A stretch of 64,000 nucleotides of DNA, from positions 3,008,001 through 3,072,000 of the forward strand of contig CM000153.2 of NCBI GenBank assembly GCA_000004695.1. The letters run 5' to 3'. A program made the position numbers and the translations under genes. Under the pieces are notes generated by a model. The model was not told where the DNA came from and ran no database searches. It was given only the letters and a program-made list of their open reading frames with translations. Of this stretch, positions 24,999 to 38,974 are shown piece after piece (position 1 is the stretch's first letter; each line of letters begins with the position of its first letter). This stretch comes from Dictyostelium discoideum. Taxonomy: Eukaryota.

Positions 24999-25867
24999 TT
25001 TTTTTTATTTATTATCTATTTATGTTCCTTGTTCAAAAAAAAAAAAAAAAAAAACTTTTAATATTTTCAAAAAAAAAAAAAAAATAAAAAAAATAAAAAT
25101 AAAAAAATAAAAAAAAAAAAAATTAAAAAAAAAATCATAAAATTTATTTGAAAACTATGGGTTCAGATAAATGCCTTTTTCATTTTATTTTTTTAAAAAA
25201 ATACCAAACAATTACAAAAAAATAAAAATGATTAATAAAAATAAAAAAAAAGGATAATAATAATAATAATAATAATATTAATGGATATGGAAATTGTGTT
25301 TTGGTATAATTATTTTAAATTAAATTAAAAAAAAAAATAAAAAATAAAAAAAATAAAAAAAAATAATAATATTAAGAAAAAATTAAGAAAAAATAATAAA
25401 AATCCCATATAATTATTTTTTGATTGTTTCACTCCTCAATTTATTTCCTGAAAAATAACATTATTAATCGGGGGAAGCCGTTGATGTTGAACAAATACAG
25501 ACTCCAGTATATACATCGGACTTTGAATTCCATTCGGATTATTCTAGTCCTGTCGTAACGCCGGGCCCGTTTAAATAACGTAGCTTTAAAAACAAATATA
25601 GCATCAACTCTATACTTCCCCTTTTTATTTAAAAAAAATTAATTTTAATGGATAAACACTGATAAATCAATATAAATATAATTAATATCCAAAAAAAAAA
25701 AAAATTTTAATGGATAAACACTGGTAAATCAATATAAATAAAAAAATAAAAAATTTGTCTGATTAGTATCAAACAATAGAAATTGAGTGTTAATTATAAG
25801 ATCTTCTTATTTTTGTTGATATTATTTAAATTATTAATTTTATTTTTATTTTTATTTATTTTTATTT

Positions 25868-25993
<126 letters not shown>

Positions 25994-26208
25994 TCCATTT
26001 ATAATAATAAAATGTGTTAAATTTTGTTATTATTTGTCTGAAATTAATTTTATTTGGAAAAAAAAAATAAAAAAATAAAAAATAAAAAATAAAAAAATAA
26101 ATTAAAATTTTAAAAAAAATCATTTGGGAAATTTAAAAATTTTTAATATAAAAAAATAAAAAAAATCATTTTTAACAACTTTTGTATACGCAGAAGAAAA
26201 AAAAAGAA

Positions 26209-27835
26209 ATGAAAAATATATTATTACTCGGTTCTGGCTTTGTTGCAAAGGTATTTAATTAATTTTTTTTATTTTTTCATTTTCTTTTTTTTTTTTTTTT
26301 TTTTTTTTACTAACATCTCTCTCTCTCTATCTCTATTTTAATTTATATAGCCAGCACTTGATTACCTCTTAAAAAGAGAAGATTATTTTGTAACAATTGT
26401 TAGTTTATTCCAAAATGAATTAGACTCAATTACAAAAGGTCACGATACATCAAAATTCAAAACAATTCAATTAGATGTTATGAATAAATTGAATGAATTA
26501 GAAGAATATTTCCCAAAATCTGATTGTGTAATTAGGTAAGTGTTGTGTGTTTATTTACACATATATATATATATAAATCATTCTCTTTTTTAAAATATAT
26601 ATTAATAATAATAAAATAGTTTAATTCCAGCAACATTACATTCAACAGTTGCAAAATTATGTATTAAACATAAAACACATTTAGTTACAGCAAGTTATAT
26701 TTCAGATGATATGAAAGCATTATCAGAAGAAGCAAAGGAGGCAGGTGTTTTATTATTGAATGAACTTGGTCTTGATCCAGGTATTGATCATATGTCATCA
26801 ATGAAGATTATTGATCATGCTAAGGAAAATGGTGGTAAGGTCACATCATTCGTTTCATGGTGTGGTGCGCTACCATCAACAGAATGTGCTGACAATCCAT
26901 TTGGATACAAATTTTCATGGTCACCAAGAGGTGTACTATCATCAGCAACTCTTTCCGCCAATTTCCTTTGGGAGGGTCATAATGAAGAAGTACCAGCCAA
27001 TATCAAATGGGCAGTGTTACAACCAATCGTTGTTGAAGATTCAAATGGTGTAAAGATGGAGTTTGATGGTGTACCAAATCGTAACTCATTCCCATACATT
27101 GAACAATACAATTTAAATGCTAAAGATGTAACCACAATGTTTAGAGGTACATTACGTTGGAAGGGTGGTTTTGGAATCATGATCCGTGCACTTGTTGCCG
27201 TTGGTTTATTCTCCACTGAAGTTGATGCACGTCTCGCTGTTGAGGGTGGTATTTCATGGCGTAACTATCTCGTTCAGCTATTGGGTTGCAATGATAATGA
27301 TAGTGACCTCCTATATTGTGTGGAATCCACCATTAAAGAGTACTTTGAAAAATTAAAGACTGAGAGAGACGGCTTACAATTCCATTTCCCAATTATTCCA
27401 AGAGATATTGAAAAAGATGTTCAACATGCCGTTGAAGGTTTCAAATGGTTGGGTTTATTAAGTGCTGATGAAAAAGTTGTAAATAAGAATACTCCAATCG
27501 ATAGTCTTTGCGCTTTACTCGAAAAGAAACTCTCTTACAAAGCTGGTGAACGTGATGTAGTTGTCCTTGAACATAACTTTGTCGTCCAATACGCTGATCG
27601 TACAGAAAAAGAAGTTTCATCACTCATTTGTTATGGTATTCCAAATGGTAGTTCTGCAACTTCACTCACTGTTGGTGTTCCAGTTGGTATCGCAACTGAA
27701 CTCATCGCTGATGGTAAAACTACAACTAGAGGTGTTGTTGGTCCAGTAACTCCTGAATTTTATTTACCAATTTTAGAGAAATTAAAATCTGAAAATATTG
27801 AAATGATTGAAACTAAACAAGAAATTAAAAAATAA
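26209..27835 (+). CDS. Saccharopine dehydrogenase (NADP+, L-glutamate-forming), LYS9-type. About 3 exons: 26209-26250, about 26350-26527 and about 26626-27835.
   Basis: It aligns with yeast Lys9: [14 protein letters not shown] matches [22 protein letters not shown] matches [21 protein letters not shown] matches [21 protein letters not shown] matches [26 protein letters not shown] matches LGYKFSWSSRGVL, and [11 protein letters not shown] matches IRGTLRYQGF. The two introns have gtatttaat and gtaagtg donors. Confidence 0.85.
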
Positions 27836-27958
27836 AATAAAATAATATTAAATTTTTTAAAAAAAACTAAATAATTATAATTTTATTTGTACAAAAACTG
27901 TGTATTTTTATTTATTTATATATATATTGTAAAAGGTTGTTTTTTTTTTTTTTTTTTT

Positions 27959-28729
27959 TTAAATATCATCAACTAAAAAGTCATCTGGAAGTTGAATCTT
28001 TTCACCAACTTTAAATGTTGGAAGACCACGATATGGACAACCACCACATCTAAAAGCATCACCCAAAGAACAATTACCACATGAACTACCAACACCTGGA
28101 TTTTCAATCATTTCTTTTGTAAGTTTTGGTTTTGATTGGTTTTCTTCTTCTGCTCTACCGCATGTACAGTTTTTACAGGCTTTTTTAGTTTTACCAACTT
28201 CACAATCGTCCAAAGTGGTTGCTGGTTTTGAAGTTTTATCATTTTCACTAACTAAATCATTTTCATTAATACGGTCACCACCTTCAATTGATGCCCATGG
28301 ATTATTAGAGGATGTAGATGGAATATTAATTGTAGATGATTCATTTGTATCCCATGATGGTTTATCAGCGTGAACAATAGTTTTATAAGTTGAATTTGAT
28401 GTAGCTTTGAAATCAACTAAACCACCAATTAAAAAGTCCATACCAGAGTTTACCAAAGTTTCATTTTCATTGGTTTGATAAATTGATAATTTACCACCCT
28501 TTTTCAATAAATTTGAATACATTGAAATCAATGCACTATTAAATGGTTTACTTGAAATAATAATTACATGATCAAAATTATTTTGAATTTGTTGTTGTTC
28601 TTTTGATAATGAAGTTGTTACTGTTTTACTTAATTCTTTAACTTGATTTATAATTGATTCTGAATTTTCAACATCTGAAATTATTAAAACTTCTTGTTCT
28701 TTATTTAATTCTAATGATAGCGAATTCAT
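27959..28729 (-). CDS. Anamorsin (CIAPIN1/Dre2), the Fe-S cluster assembly protein.
   Basis: The C-terminal twin-cysteine motif is canonical: [12 protein letters not shown]...[31 protein letters not shown]. The N-terminal half resembles a methyltransferase-like fold. Confidence 0.85.
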   Translation of the reverse strand: MNSLSLELNKEQEVLIISDVENSESIINQVKELSKTVTTSLSKEQQQIQNNFDHVIIISSKPFNSALISMYSNLLKKGGKLSIYQTNENETLVNSGMDFLIGGLVDFKATSNSTYKTIVHADKPSWDTNESSTINIPSTSSNNPWASIEGGDRINENDLVSENDKTSKPATTLDDCEVGKTKKACKNCTCGRAEEENQSKPKLTKEMIENPGVGSSCGNCSLGDAFRCGGCPYRGLPTFKVGEKIQLPDDFLVDDI

Positions 28730-29006
28730 TTTTTTAAAAAATATTATAAATAAATAAAAATAAATATATATATATATATATATGATAGATAGATATTATT
28801 ATTATTTTTTTTTTGGTGTTGTGAGAAAAAAAAAAAAATTAATTTAAAAATTAAAAAAAAAAAAAAAAAAAAAATAAAAAAAAAGTTAAAAAACAAAAAA
28901 AAAAAAAATAAAAAAAATAAAATAAAATAAAATTAAAAAAAAAAAAAAATCGACAAAGTCGGGAATTTAAATGAATTTTAAGTCCAAGAATGCAATGGAG
29001 AACATA

Positions 29007-29041
<35 letters not shown>

Positions 29042-29134
29042 TAATTTAATTTTTAAATTAATTTTAAATTTTTTTTTTTTTTCCTTTTCCTTTCCCTTTT
29101 TTAAAACCTTTGGCCCAAAATTTTTTTAAAAAAT

Positions 29135-29169
<35 letters not shown>

Positions 29170-29531
29170 TTGAAATAATATTATCTTTTGATTATTACTT
29201 TGTTTTTATGTTTTGATTTAAATTAATTTCTTGATATTTATTTCATTTTTTGTTTTTATTTTTTTAATTTATTTTTTTTTAATTTTTTTTTTTTTTCATT
29301 TTTTAATTTTTTTAATTTTAATATTTTTTTTTTTTTTTTTGAATTTTTTTTTTTTTTTTTTAAAATTTGATCACACCCACCACAATAATTAAAAAAAGCA
29401 TAACAAACACATTAATATCAAGATATTTACATATGTACTAAAAATAAACTTTTTTAGATTAAAATTTTTTTTTTAAATAAAAAAAAATAAAAAAAATAAA
29501 AAAAATAAAAAAAATAAAAAAAATAAAAAAC

Positions 29532-30672
29532 ATGTATCATAATTTTAATTATATTGACGACGAAAATGGACATATTAAAATGTTACCATCACCAGTTAAA
29601 CCAAATGGTGGTAAATTAAGAACACCAACTTCCAAAGCGACAATTTTAACAGCAGATATAGGGCATGAAATTAGAGAAGTTTGGGCACATAATTTAGAAT
29701 ATGAAATGTCACTAATAAGAGAATTAGTTGATATATATCCTTGTGTTGCAATTGTAAGTTACTAATCAACACCATCATCATCACACCATACTATATTTAT
29801 ATTTTATTAAATTTTCAATTGAAAAAAAAAAAAAAAAAAATTAAAATATAATTTTATCAGGACACAGAATTTCCAGGATTTGTAAATAAACCAATTGAAT
29901 CAATGAGAATGTATCCAGATTATAATTATCAAACATTAAGATCAAATGTAGATTTATTAAAGATAATTCAATTTGGAATAACATTTTCAGATAGTACAGG
30001 TTGTTTGCCTGTACCAACATGTACATGGCAATTTAATTTCAAATTTAGTTTAAAAGATGATATGTATTCACCATACGCAATTGAGTTATTAAAAAGTTGT
30101 GGAATTGATTTCCAAAGGATTGAAGACTATGGAATTGATGTTAATGATTTTTCAGAATTATTCATTTCATCAGGTATTGTATTGAATGATAAAATTCAAT
30201 GGATTTGTTTTCATGGTGGTTACGATTTCGGTTATTTATTAAAAGTTTTAAGTTGTTCAGAATTACCAAAATCTGAATCCGATTTTTTCGATCTCTTAAG
30301 AATTTACTTTCCATGTATATACGATGTAAAATATTTAATGAAAAGTTGTAAAAATTTAAAAGGTGGTTTAAGTGGTTTAGCTGAAGATTTAAATGTAAAT
30401 ATTTATATGTATATATATTAAAAAAATAAAAATAAAAAATATGTAATTTAATATTAATAATTTTTTATTTTTTATTTTTTATTTTTTTAAAAAAAATAGG
30501 TGGTCAGAGTCGGTCCTCAACATCAAGCAGGAAGTGATTCTTTATTGACAAATTCAACATTTTTTAAATTAAGAGAGGAATTTTTTGAAAATGAAATTGA
30601 TGATCATAAATATAAAGGAATTTTATATGGTTATAATGTCAGTCAAAATTTTCATCATAATGGTCATTTGTA
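29532..30672 (+). CDS. CCR4-NOT complex deadenylase subunit CAF1 (CNOT7/POP2). Three exons: 29532-29753, 29861-30394 and 30500-30672.
   Basis: [28 protein letters not shown]|DTEFPG matches human CNOT7 IRDVWAHNLEEE...YPYVAMDTEFPGVV, and contains the DEDD catalytic residues. ...[10 protein letters not shown]... is conserved. The C-terminal [16 protein letters not shown]...FFE..IDD.KY.G.LYG matches human [43 protein letters not shown]. Donors are GTAAGT and GTAAAT, with acceptors ttatcag| and aaaatag|. Confidence 0.85.
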
Positions 30673-30730
30673 AACCAAAAATATTTTGATTAGCCAATAA
30701 AAAAAAAAAAAACCATTTTTTTTTTTGTTT

Positions 30731-30761
<31 letters not shown>

Positions 30762-31034
30762 CTTTAATTTTTTTTTGATTTTCTTTTTTTTTGTCCAAGA
30801 TTTTCAGAAAATAAAATTATTTTTACTTTTTTTTTTTTTTTTAAAGTTTTTATCGTCATTGTTTTTTTTTTAATTTTTTTAATCTTCACATATTTATTTA
30901 TTTATTATTTATTTATTTATTTTTATTTTTATTTTTTTTATTAAAAAAAAATTGAGGAATTTCTATTATTTTTTTTTTTATATACCCATAAATAAAAGAA
31001 ATTCCAAAAATAGCAAAAAAAAAAAAAAAAAAAA

Positions 31035-34000
31035 ATGAAAAGTAGAAGAAAACACTTTTTCAAACAAATAGTTTTTATAATTTTAATTTTAATAGTAAGT
31101 GTAAATTCAGAGAGAATTGAATATTCAGCATATAGTGAAGATGATAAATCAATAAATATAGCCTTTAAAATAGATACACCAATTTGGGGATTTTCATATT
31201 ATTATAATCCTATTCAACATTTATCAATTATAAAATCAATTGAACCAATACCAATAATTAGAAATAATATACCATTTAAATGTAGATATCTATTAGATAA
31301 AAAAGGTTATCAAATTAATCTTATAAATTTAAAAGATGAGTATGTATATAACCTTTGCTTGAGATACTTTTTTTTTTTTTTTCAAAACACATTAAATTAA
31401 CACACACACACACATATATACTAATAAAAAAAAAAAATTAAAAAAAAATAGTTTTGGAGAAAATGATTTTTATAATAATATAATTTGTAATGCTACATCT
31501 AATAAAATAACAGAGAATAGTATTCAATTAAAAGGAAATGATATAAATACAACATATGAATTCATATGCATAGATGATAATGATAATAATAATAATAATA
31601 ATAATAATAATATAGATAATATAGATAATTTAATTATAAATAGTAGTGACTATCATGGTGATAGTAGTAATAGTAATAATAGTAATAATAATAATAGTAA
31701 TGAAATTGATAAATTTTTTTGTTTAAAAAATGATTTATCAAATCATACTCTTTGTACATATAATAGCAAATACGCATGCTTACAATCAATTGTTTTTTCA
31801 GGAACAAAAATAAATGAAGTATATAATATAAATAAAAAAGTTTTTTCAACATATAAATTTCAAAGATCAAATATAATTTCAATTAATGGTTTTTCTTATT
31901 CAATATATCTAGGTTAGTAGTAGTAATAATAAATATAAATATATAAATATTTAAATATATGTATACATATGATAAATAATTAATTATAATATTATAATAG
32001 GATGTGAAGCTAAATTTGTTGGAGCAATTAAATCATTAAATGGGATTATAATGTTAGTTGGTACACCATTTTTTAGGGAGAAATTAAGTAGTTATAGTTT
32101 TATGATGGGTGATAAATTATTACCGATTAGTGAAAATTTTGAAAATGATTTTCAATATGGAGAAGATGATAATGTGTTGATATCGATGGGAACTAATCAA
32201 ACTTTTTTAAATTTAACGAGATATTCTGATAATGTTTTGAAAATTCAATTGGAGGGTGGAAAAATCAAAGAGTTTAAAATCGATACACAGAATAAAATGA
32301 CATTGTCAATAGAAGCGTTGGGTGGTGATACAAAACCATATATTCAAATCGACTGTGAGAGTTGTATTGGAGCACGATTGAAAGGTTTGACTATGGATGT
32401 TGCACCAATTGTAAATTCAACCATTTTTCATTTAGATTTTAGTGTTTTTACATTATATGGTTCGATATATCTTCAATCGGCAATAGCACCATTTGAAACT
32501 TCAAATGTGGTTATAATCAATCCGATTATTAAAAGTCCTAAACAGGGTGAGGTTATAAAATTGAGTGTGAATAAAAATCAAAAGTATTCGACTTTGACTG
32601 TATTTGCGTATTATTTACCACCACAATTTGATGGTGAAACGCTGTTCACTTGCCAATTCATTCTGTTTGATAATACAACCATTCAAGTTGACCAAGAGGA
32701 TATATCGTCAACGAATACAGGTAGTTATTGGGAGTATAGTATTCAATCGACATTAACCTATGGTAGCGGCGAATTTCAAATCATTATAAATAATTTTCAA
32801 GTTGTAAATGGTAGTTCAGTAATAACATTTAAAAAAACAAATAGTTTTCGTTATGAATTTGAAAACCCTATCGTAGAAACTATATCACAACCTATAAGAG
32901 ACGGTGTTGGTATTGTAACTTTAACCGGCCAAAATCTTAATGGTTCTCCATTAATAACTATTGAAGGAGAAACTTCAATTAAATGTGGAAATGTTAAATT
33001 TAATGATGTTAATCAAATAACTTTTGAAATTACTCAAAGTCCTACCACAACCACTACCACCACCACCACCACTAAACCTGAAGATAAGTTTTATAATGTT
33101 ATAATTAATGTTGGTGGTACTAAAAGTGAACCATTCTTAATGAATTATTTACCAAGTGGTTGGAAATGTCCAAATAATTGTAGTGGTAATGGTTATTGTG
33201 ATGGTTCGTTAAATTGTATTTGCAATCAAGGATTTTCAGGTTACGATTGTTCAATATTAATTAATCAAGTATTAACCAACGCCAATTCATTACCAATATC
33301 AACAAATCAACAAATAAATGGTTCTTTCTCAATGACTGGTAATCATTTAAAGAATATTAGTTTTGAAATATCTTTAGCTGGTATCATAATTGATAGTGAT
33401 ACATTTAAACCATTACAAACTGATTTTAAAACTTTTTGTAAAGATTTTGATGATGGTTTTACATTGGATGCTAAAAATAGTAAATTATCAATTTCAACCA
33501 CTGCTCAATTCAATCCAAAAATATATAATTCAATTAATAGTATAAATTATAATGGAATTTATTTAGATAAACTTTCAAATAATTCAGTTTATTTAAAGGT
33601 TAATACGGCAAGCTCAACAATAACTACAATGAAATCATTAAAGGTTATTTATAAAGTGGATATAAAGGTTAATGGTAAAATACTCACGGATAATGATGAT
33701 GAATCAGTTACAACTGTAGTATCATCGCCAATTAATAATAAAATTTTAATTAAACATTTAGATTCAAATTCATGTTTACAAATTCATGTTTCAAATAGAT
33801 TTATGAATTATCAAAATATGGATGACGATTATGCTTCATTGGTTAAAATGGAATCAATACCAACAAGTGATATAAATAAACAAGATCAAAATAATCCAAT
33901 TTATTTAAGTATTAATATACCATTCGACGACGACGTTGTAGGTGGTGGTGGTGTTGATGGTGGTGATAATTCAAAATTTTCATTGGAGGTAGCTTCAACT

Positions 34001-34432
34001 TTTAGTGTTTTTAATGAATTTCCAACAAATATTAGAAATTCTCATCCAACTTTAAGTACAGCTGATAAATTCTTTATATCATTTGGTGTTGTAGTTGGTA
34101 TGGTTTTATTATTAGGTTTAATATTTAGATTTAGAAGATCAATTCGTTTCTATACTTTAAGATTCATAATCAATATTTATTTTCGTTATGGAAATCCTAG
34201 TGAAAAAATTCAAAACTTTTATGGTGGTTATGGTGTATTAAATGGTAAATTCGATTCATTAGAACTATTTTCAATGAATGGTGATGATGATGATATGGGA
34301 GCTCCAGATGGTGATGATGGTGTACCTGAGGAAGGTTACATTGTTAATCCATATGATGTTTATGATCCAACTCCAAGTGATTTCTTGGTTAATGAATTCA
34401 TAGAATCAAAAGCAACTTCCGAAATTGATTAA
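31035..34432 (+). CDS. Type-I transmembrane glycoprotein with an IPT/TIG-like domain, an EGF-like domain and an acidic cytoplasmic tail (Tgr/Tiger-family-like). This is copy A. About 3 exons: 31035-31342, about 31452-31903 and about 31993-34432.
   Basis: It has a signal peptide (MKSRRKHFFKQIVFIILILIVSVNS). An IPT/TIG-like stretch reads PIVETISQPIRDGVGIVTLTGQNLNGSPLITIEGE..KCGNVKF. An EGF-like stretch reads CPNNCSGNGYCDGSLNCICNQGFSGYDCS. A poly-Thr linker and a single TM (FISFGVVVGMVLLLGLIF) follow. The tail is acidic (NGDDDDMGAPDGDDGVPEEGY...). Introns are GATGA|GTATGT...aaaatag|TTTTGG and CTAG|GTTAGT...ataatag|GATGTG. Confidence 0.5.
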
Positions 34433-34623
34433 TTTTAGTTTTTAAAATTAAAAAAAAATAAAAAAAATAAAAATGAAAATAAAAAGATAAAACACAATAA
34501 ATCAGGTGTTGTAATTTTTAAAATATTTAATTTTATTTACATTTTGTTTTTTTTTTTTTTTTTTATTTTATACACAATCCCAAAAAAAAAAGTTACTTTC
34601 AAATAAATGAAATTGTTTTTTTC

Positions 34624-34661
<38 letters not shown>

Positions 34662-34777
34662 GTAAAACCGAATTATTTTTGGTTATAGCCATTTTTTTTT
34701 TTTTTTACTTTCAAATATTTCTGATTGTGAATGTATTATATGTAAAAATAACAAAAAAAAAAAAAAAAAAAAAAAAG

Positions 34778-37700
34778 ATGGAAAAAAACCATGTTTTCCA
34801 ATTAATATTTTATTCAATTTTAATTTTAATTGTAAATGTAAATTCAAATAAAATTGAATATTCATCATATAGTGAAGATGATAAATCAATAAATATAACA
34901 CTTATAACAAATATACAGGATTTGGAAATTTCATATTATTATAATCCTATTCAACATTTATCAATTATAAAATCAATTGAACCAATACCAATAATTAGAA
35001 ATAATATACCATTTAAATGTGGATATCTATTAGATAATAAAGGTTATCAAATTAATCTTATAAATTTAAAAGATGAGTATGTATATAACCTGACTACTAT
35101 TTCTTTTGTATAAATTATAATTTTTTAATTAATATTAATAAAAAAAAAATTAAAAAAAAATAGTTTTGGAACAAATGATTTTTATAATAATATAATTTGT
35201 AATGCTACATCTAATAAAATAACAGAGAATAGTATTCAATTAAAAGGAAATGATATAAATACAACATATGAATTCATATGCATAGATGATAATGATAATA
35301 TAAATAATAATGACAATATAGATAATATAGATAATTTAAATAATTATAAAAATAATAATAATAATAATAGTAGTAGTAATAATAATAGTAATCGTAATAA
35401 TAATAATATAGATAATATAGATAATATAGATAATTTAATTATAAATAGTAGTGACTATCATGGTGATAGTAATAATAGTAATAATAGTAATAATAATAAT
35501 AGTAATGAAATTGATAAATTTTTTTGTTTAAAAAATGATTTATCAAATCATACTCTTTGTACATATAATAGCAAATACGCATGTTTACAATCAATTATTT
35601 TTAATGTAACTAGAATAAAAAGAGGATTTTCTATAAATAAAAATTTTATTTCATCCAATCCATTAATTAAAAGATCGAATATAATTTCAATTAATGGTTT
35701 TTATAAATCAATATATCTAGGTTAGTTGGTTATAATTTTAATTTTAATTATATATAAATATAAATAATATAATAATTAAATAAATTTATTAATAATAATT
35801 ATAATAAAATATTTTATTATAGAAAGGAAAGAAAAAAAAATTGTTGGAGAAATTAAATCATTAAATGGTATTGTAACATTAAGTGGTATACCATTTTTTA
35901 GGGAAAAATTAAGTAATTATAGTTTTATAATGGGTGATAATATATTACCAATTAGTGAATATTTTGAAAATGATTTTCAATATAGAGAAGATGATAATGT
36001 ATTGATATCGATGGAGACCAATCAAACAATTTTAAATTTAACAAGATATTCTGATAATATTTTAAAAGTTCAATTAGAAGGTATAGAAATTAAAGAATTT
36101 GAAATCGATACACAAAATAAAATGATTTTATCAATTGAAGAATTGAATGACACTAAACAATACATTCAAATAAATTGTGAAGGTTGTATTGGTGCACAAT
36201 TGAGAGGTTTAACTATGGATATTGGACAAACTGTAAATTCAACGAGTTTTAAATTGTATTATGATACTTTTACACTATATAGTCCCTTATATCTTCAATC
36301 ACCAATTGCACCATTTGAAACTTCAAATCTAGTTATAGTTAAACCAATTTATGATTATCCAATAAAAGGTGAAGTTTTACAATTAAAATCAAAAAGATAT
36401 AAAAATCCAATAATCACTGTATCTGGTTATTATTTACCTTCAAATTATGGTTTCTTTTTGTTCACTCCTGAATTCTTAATTCCTGGAGGAGCAATTATTC
36501 GAAGCTATATCATAAAATCAACTAATATAGGTAGTTATTGGCAGCATAGTATTGAATTGCCAGTGAATCAAGGTAGTGGTGAATTTAGACTTTATAAAAA
36601 TAATTTCATAATCATTGATGGTAAAGTAAATATAATAAATAAAACAGTCGAGATTTTTCCTTTTAAGTTTGATGAAAAACCAATAGTAGAAAGTGTGTCA
36701 CAACTACAAGAGATGGTGCTGGTTATTTAACTATATCTGGTCAAAGCTTTAATTATTACCTTCCAGTTTTGACGATCGAGGAAGAAACCTCTTGGATTTG
36801 TGGAAATATATCTATTTTTCCTGACATTGATCAATTAATTTGTAAAGTTAATAAACATCCTATTCAGGATAGATTCTATAATGTTGTCCTTAAAAAAATT
36901 ATTAGTTATAGATCTTCATATAATAGTGAACCATTCCTAATGAATTATTTACCAAGTGGTTGGAAATGTCCAAATAATTGTAGTGGTAATGGTCATTGTG
37001 ATGGTTCATTAAATTGTATTTGCGATGAAGGATTTTCAGGTTACGATTGTTCAATACTAATTAATCAAGTATTAACCAATGCCAATTCACTACCAATATC
37101 AACAAATCAACAAAGGTTGGGTTCTTTCTCAATGACTGGTAATCATTTAAATAATATGAATTTTCAAATCTCTTTAGTTGGTATCATTACTGATAGTGAT
37201 ACTAATTTAGAAGCAGCTGAAACATCTTTTAAATATTCAACAAAAAATTCCAATTCAGTTTATTATAAAGATTCAGTTAATGGTTTTACATTGGATGCTA
37301 AAAATAGTAATTATTCAATTTCGGCCACTGCTCAATTCAATCCAAATGTATATTTAAATAATAGTATAAATTATAATGGAATTTATTTAGATAAACTTTC
37401 AAATAATTCTGTATATTTAAAGGTTAATCTTACAATAGGTGAATTAAACAATAAAGATATACTAAAGGTTATTTATAAAGTTAATTTAAATGTTAATAAT
37501 CAAATTCTTGGAGATTTAAAAAAATCAGTTACTATATCTTCACCAATTAATAATAAGATTTTAATTAAACATTTAGACTCATGTTCATGTTTACAAATTC
37601 ATCTTTCAAATAGATTTATAAATAATGGATCAATTAATGATGGTTATGCTTCATTGGTTAAAATGGAATCAATAACTGAACAAGATAATTCAATTTATTT

Positions 37701-38100
37701 TAGTATTGAAATTCCAATTAATAATAATAATATAAATTCAACATCAGGAGTTTCATTGGAAGTTACTTCAAGTTTTAGTGTTTTTAATGAAATTATAGTT
37801 TTTGAAATTTTAGGTACAGATGGTAATTCTTTAATAATTTTTGGTATTGTAGTTAGTTTGGTTCTATTATTTTATTTAATGTTTGGATTTAAAAGAAATT
37901 TAACCAATGGTATATTAAATGGTAAAACCAACTCATTTGAATTACTCCCAATGAATGGTGATGATTTAGGTGCTCCTGATGATGATTGTTTTCCTGAGAA
38001 AGGCTACATTTTTAATCCTAATGACATTAATGATTCAACTCTTAGTGATATCTTGGTTAATGAATTCATTGAGTCAAAAGCAACTTGTGAAACTGATTAA
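34778..38100 (+). pseudogene. Tandem paralog (copy B) of the preceding Tgr-like glycoprotein gene. A 1-bp deletion (-1 frameshift) near 36705 makes it either a possible pseudogene or a sequencing error.
   Basis: It has the same 3-exon layout (34778-about 35082, about 35163-35715, about 35830-38100). Exons 1-2 are almost nucleotide-identical to copy A over about 300 bp. Exon 3 is 60-70% identical at the protein level. Relative to copy A, cacaacctataagagacggtg reads cacaactacaag-agatggtg. This splits the ORF into 35930-36730 and 36769-38100. The EGF-like CPNNCSGNGHCDGSLNCICDEGFSGYDCS, the TM and the acidic tail (NGDDLGAPDDDCFPEKGY) are conserved after the shift. Confidence 0.5.
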
Positions 38101-38908
38101 TTTAATTAATAAAAAAAAATAAAAAAATAAAAAAAAAGCCATTGGAAAAAAAGAAATCAATTCATTTTTTCACTTTTTTAAAATTATCTATTCAAGTCTA
38201 ATTAAATAACAAGATAAAAGGGCAAAACAACCCAATAATATTTAAATAATAAATCAAAAAAAAATTTAATTATCTTTGATGATTCATCAAAGTGTTTTAA
38301 AAAATTAGATCAGCATCAATGGAAAAGGAACTAATAATTGCAATACAAATAAAAGAGTTTTTTTTTTTTTTTTTTTTATCATTTTTTTAGATGTGGGGTT
38401 TTATAGATTTTTAAAAAAAAAAAATAAAAAAAATAAAAAACAAACCAATTCAATAAAATCTATTTTTCCCTATTCATTTTTCTTCAAAATATAAAAGGAA
38501 TTACAAAAAATGAATGTTAAATAATTAAATTCTAAAAATAAAATTTTATATTAAAAAAATAAAAAAAAAAATAAATAAATTCAAAAAACAGAAATTACAA
38601 ATTAATTCATTTTTTTTATATTTTAAATCATTTTGTGTATTTACAAGTGTTCTATTTATCTAAACTAAATCCATATTAAAATAAATAAAACTAAATCATT
38701 GTAAAAAAAAAAAAATTTTAAAACTAAAAAAAAGGAAATATTTTAAAGGGGAGAAAAAAAAAAAAATTAAAAAAATTAAAAAAAATAAAAAAAACAAAAC
38801 CCTATTTAATCCTATTGAAAAGGTTTTTGATAGGGTGGTTTATTTTAGAAAAAAAAAAAAAAAATACAAACAAGGAAAATCTGTAAATTTTTATTTTAAT
38901 TTTTTAAT

Positions 38909-38963
<55 letters not shown>

Positions 38964-38974
38964 GTGAATATAAA

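Noticed and set aside
34607-34777. 5' extension of the copy-B ORF ([14 protein letters not shown]...).
   Set aside because: It is a poly-T-derived poly-Phe. The internal ATG at 34778 gives a signal peptide homologous to the copy-A start.
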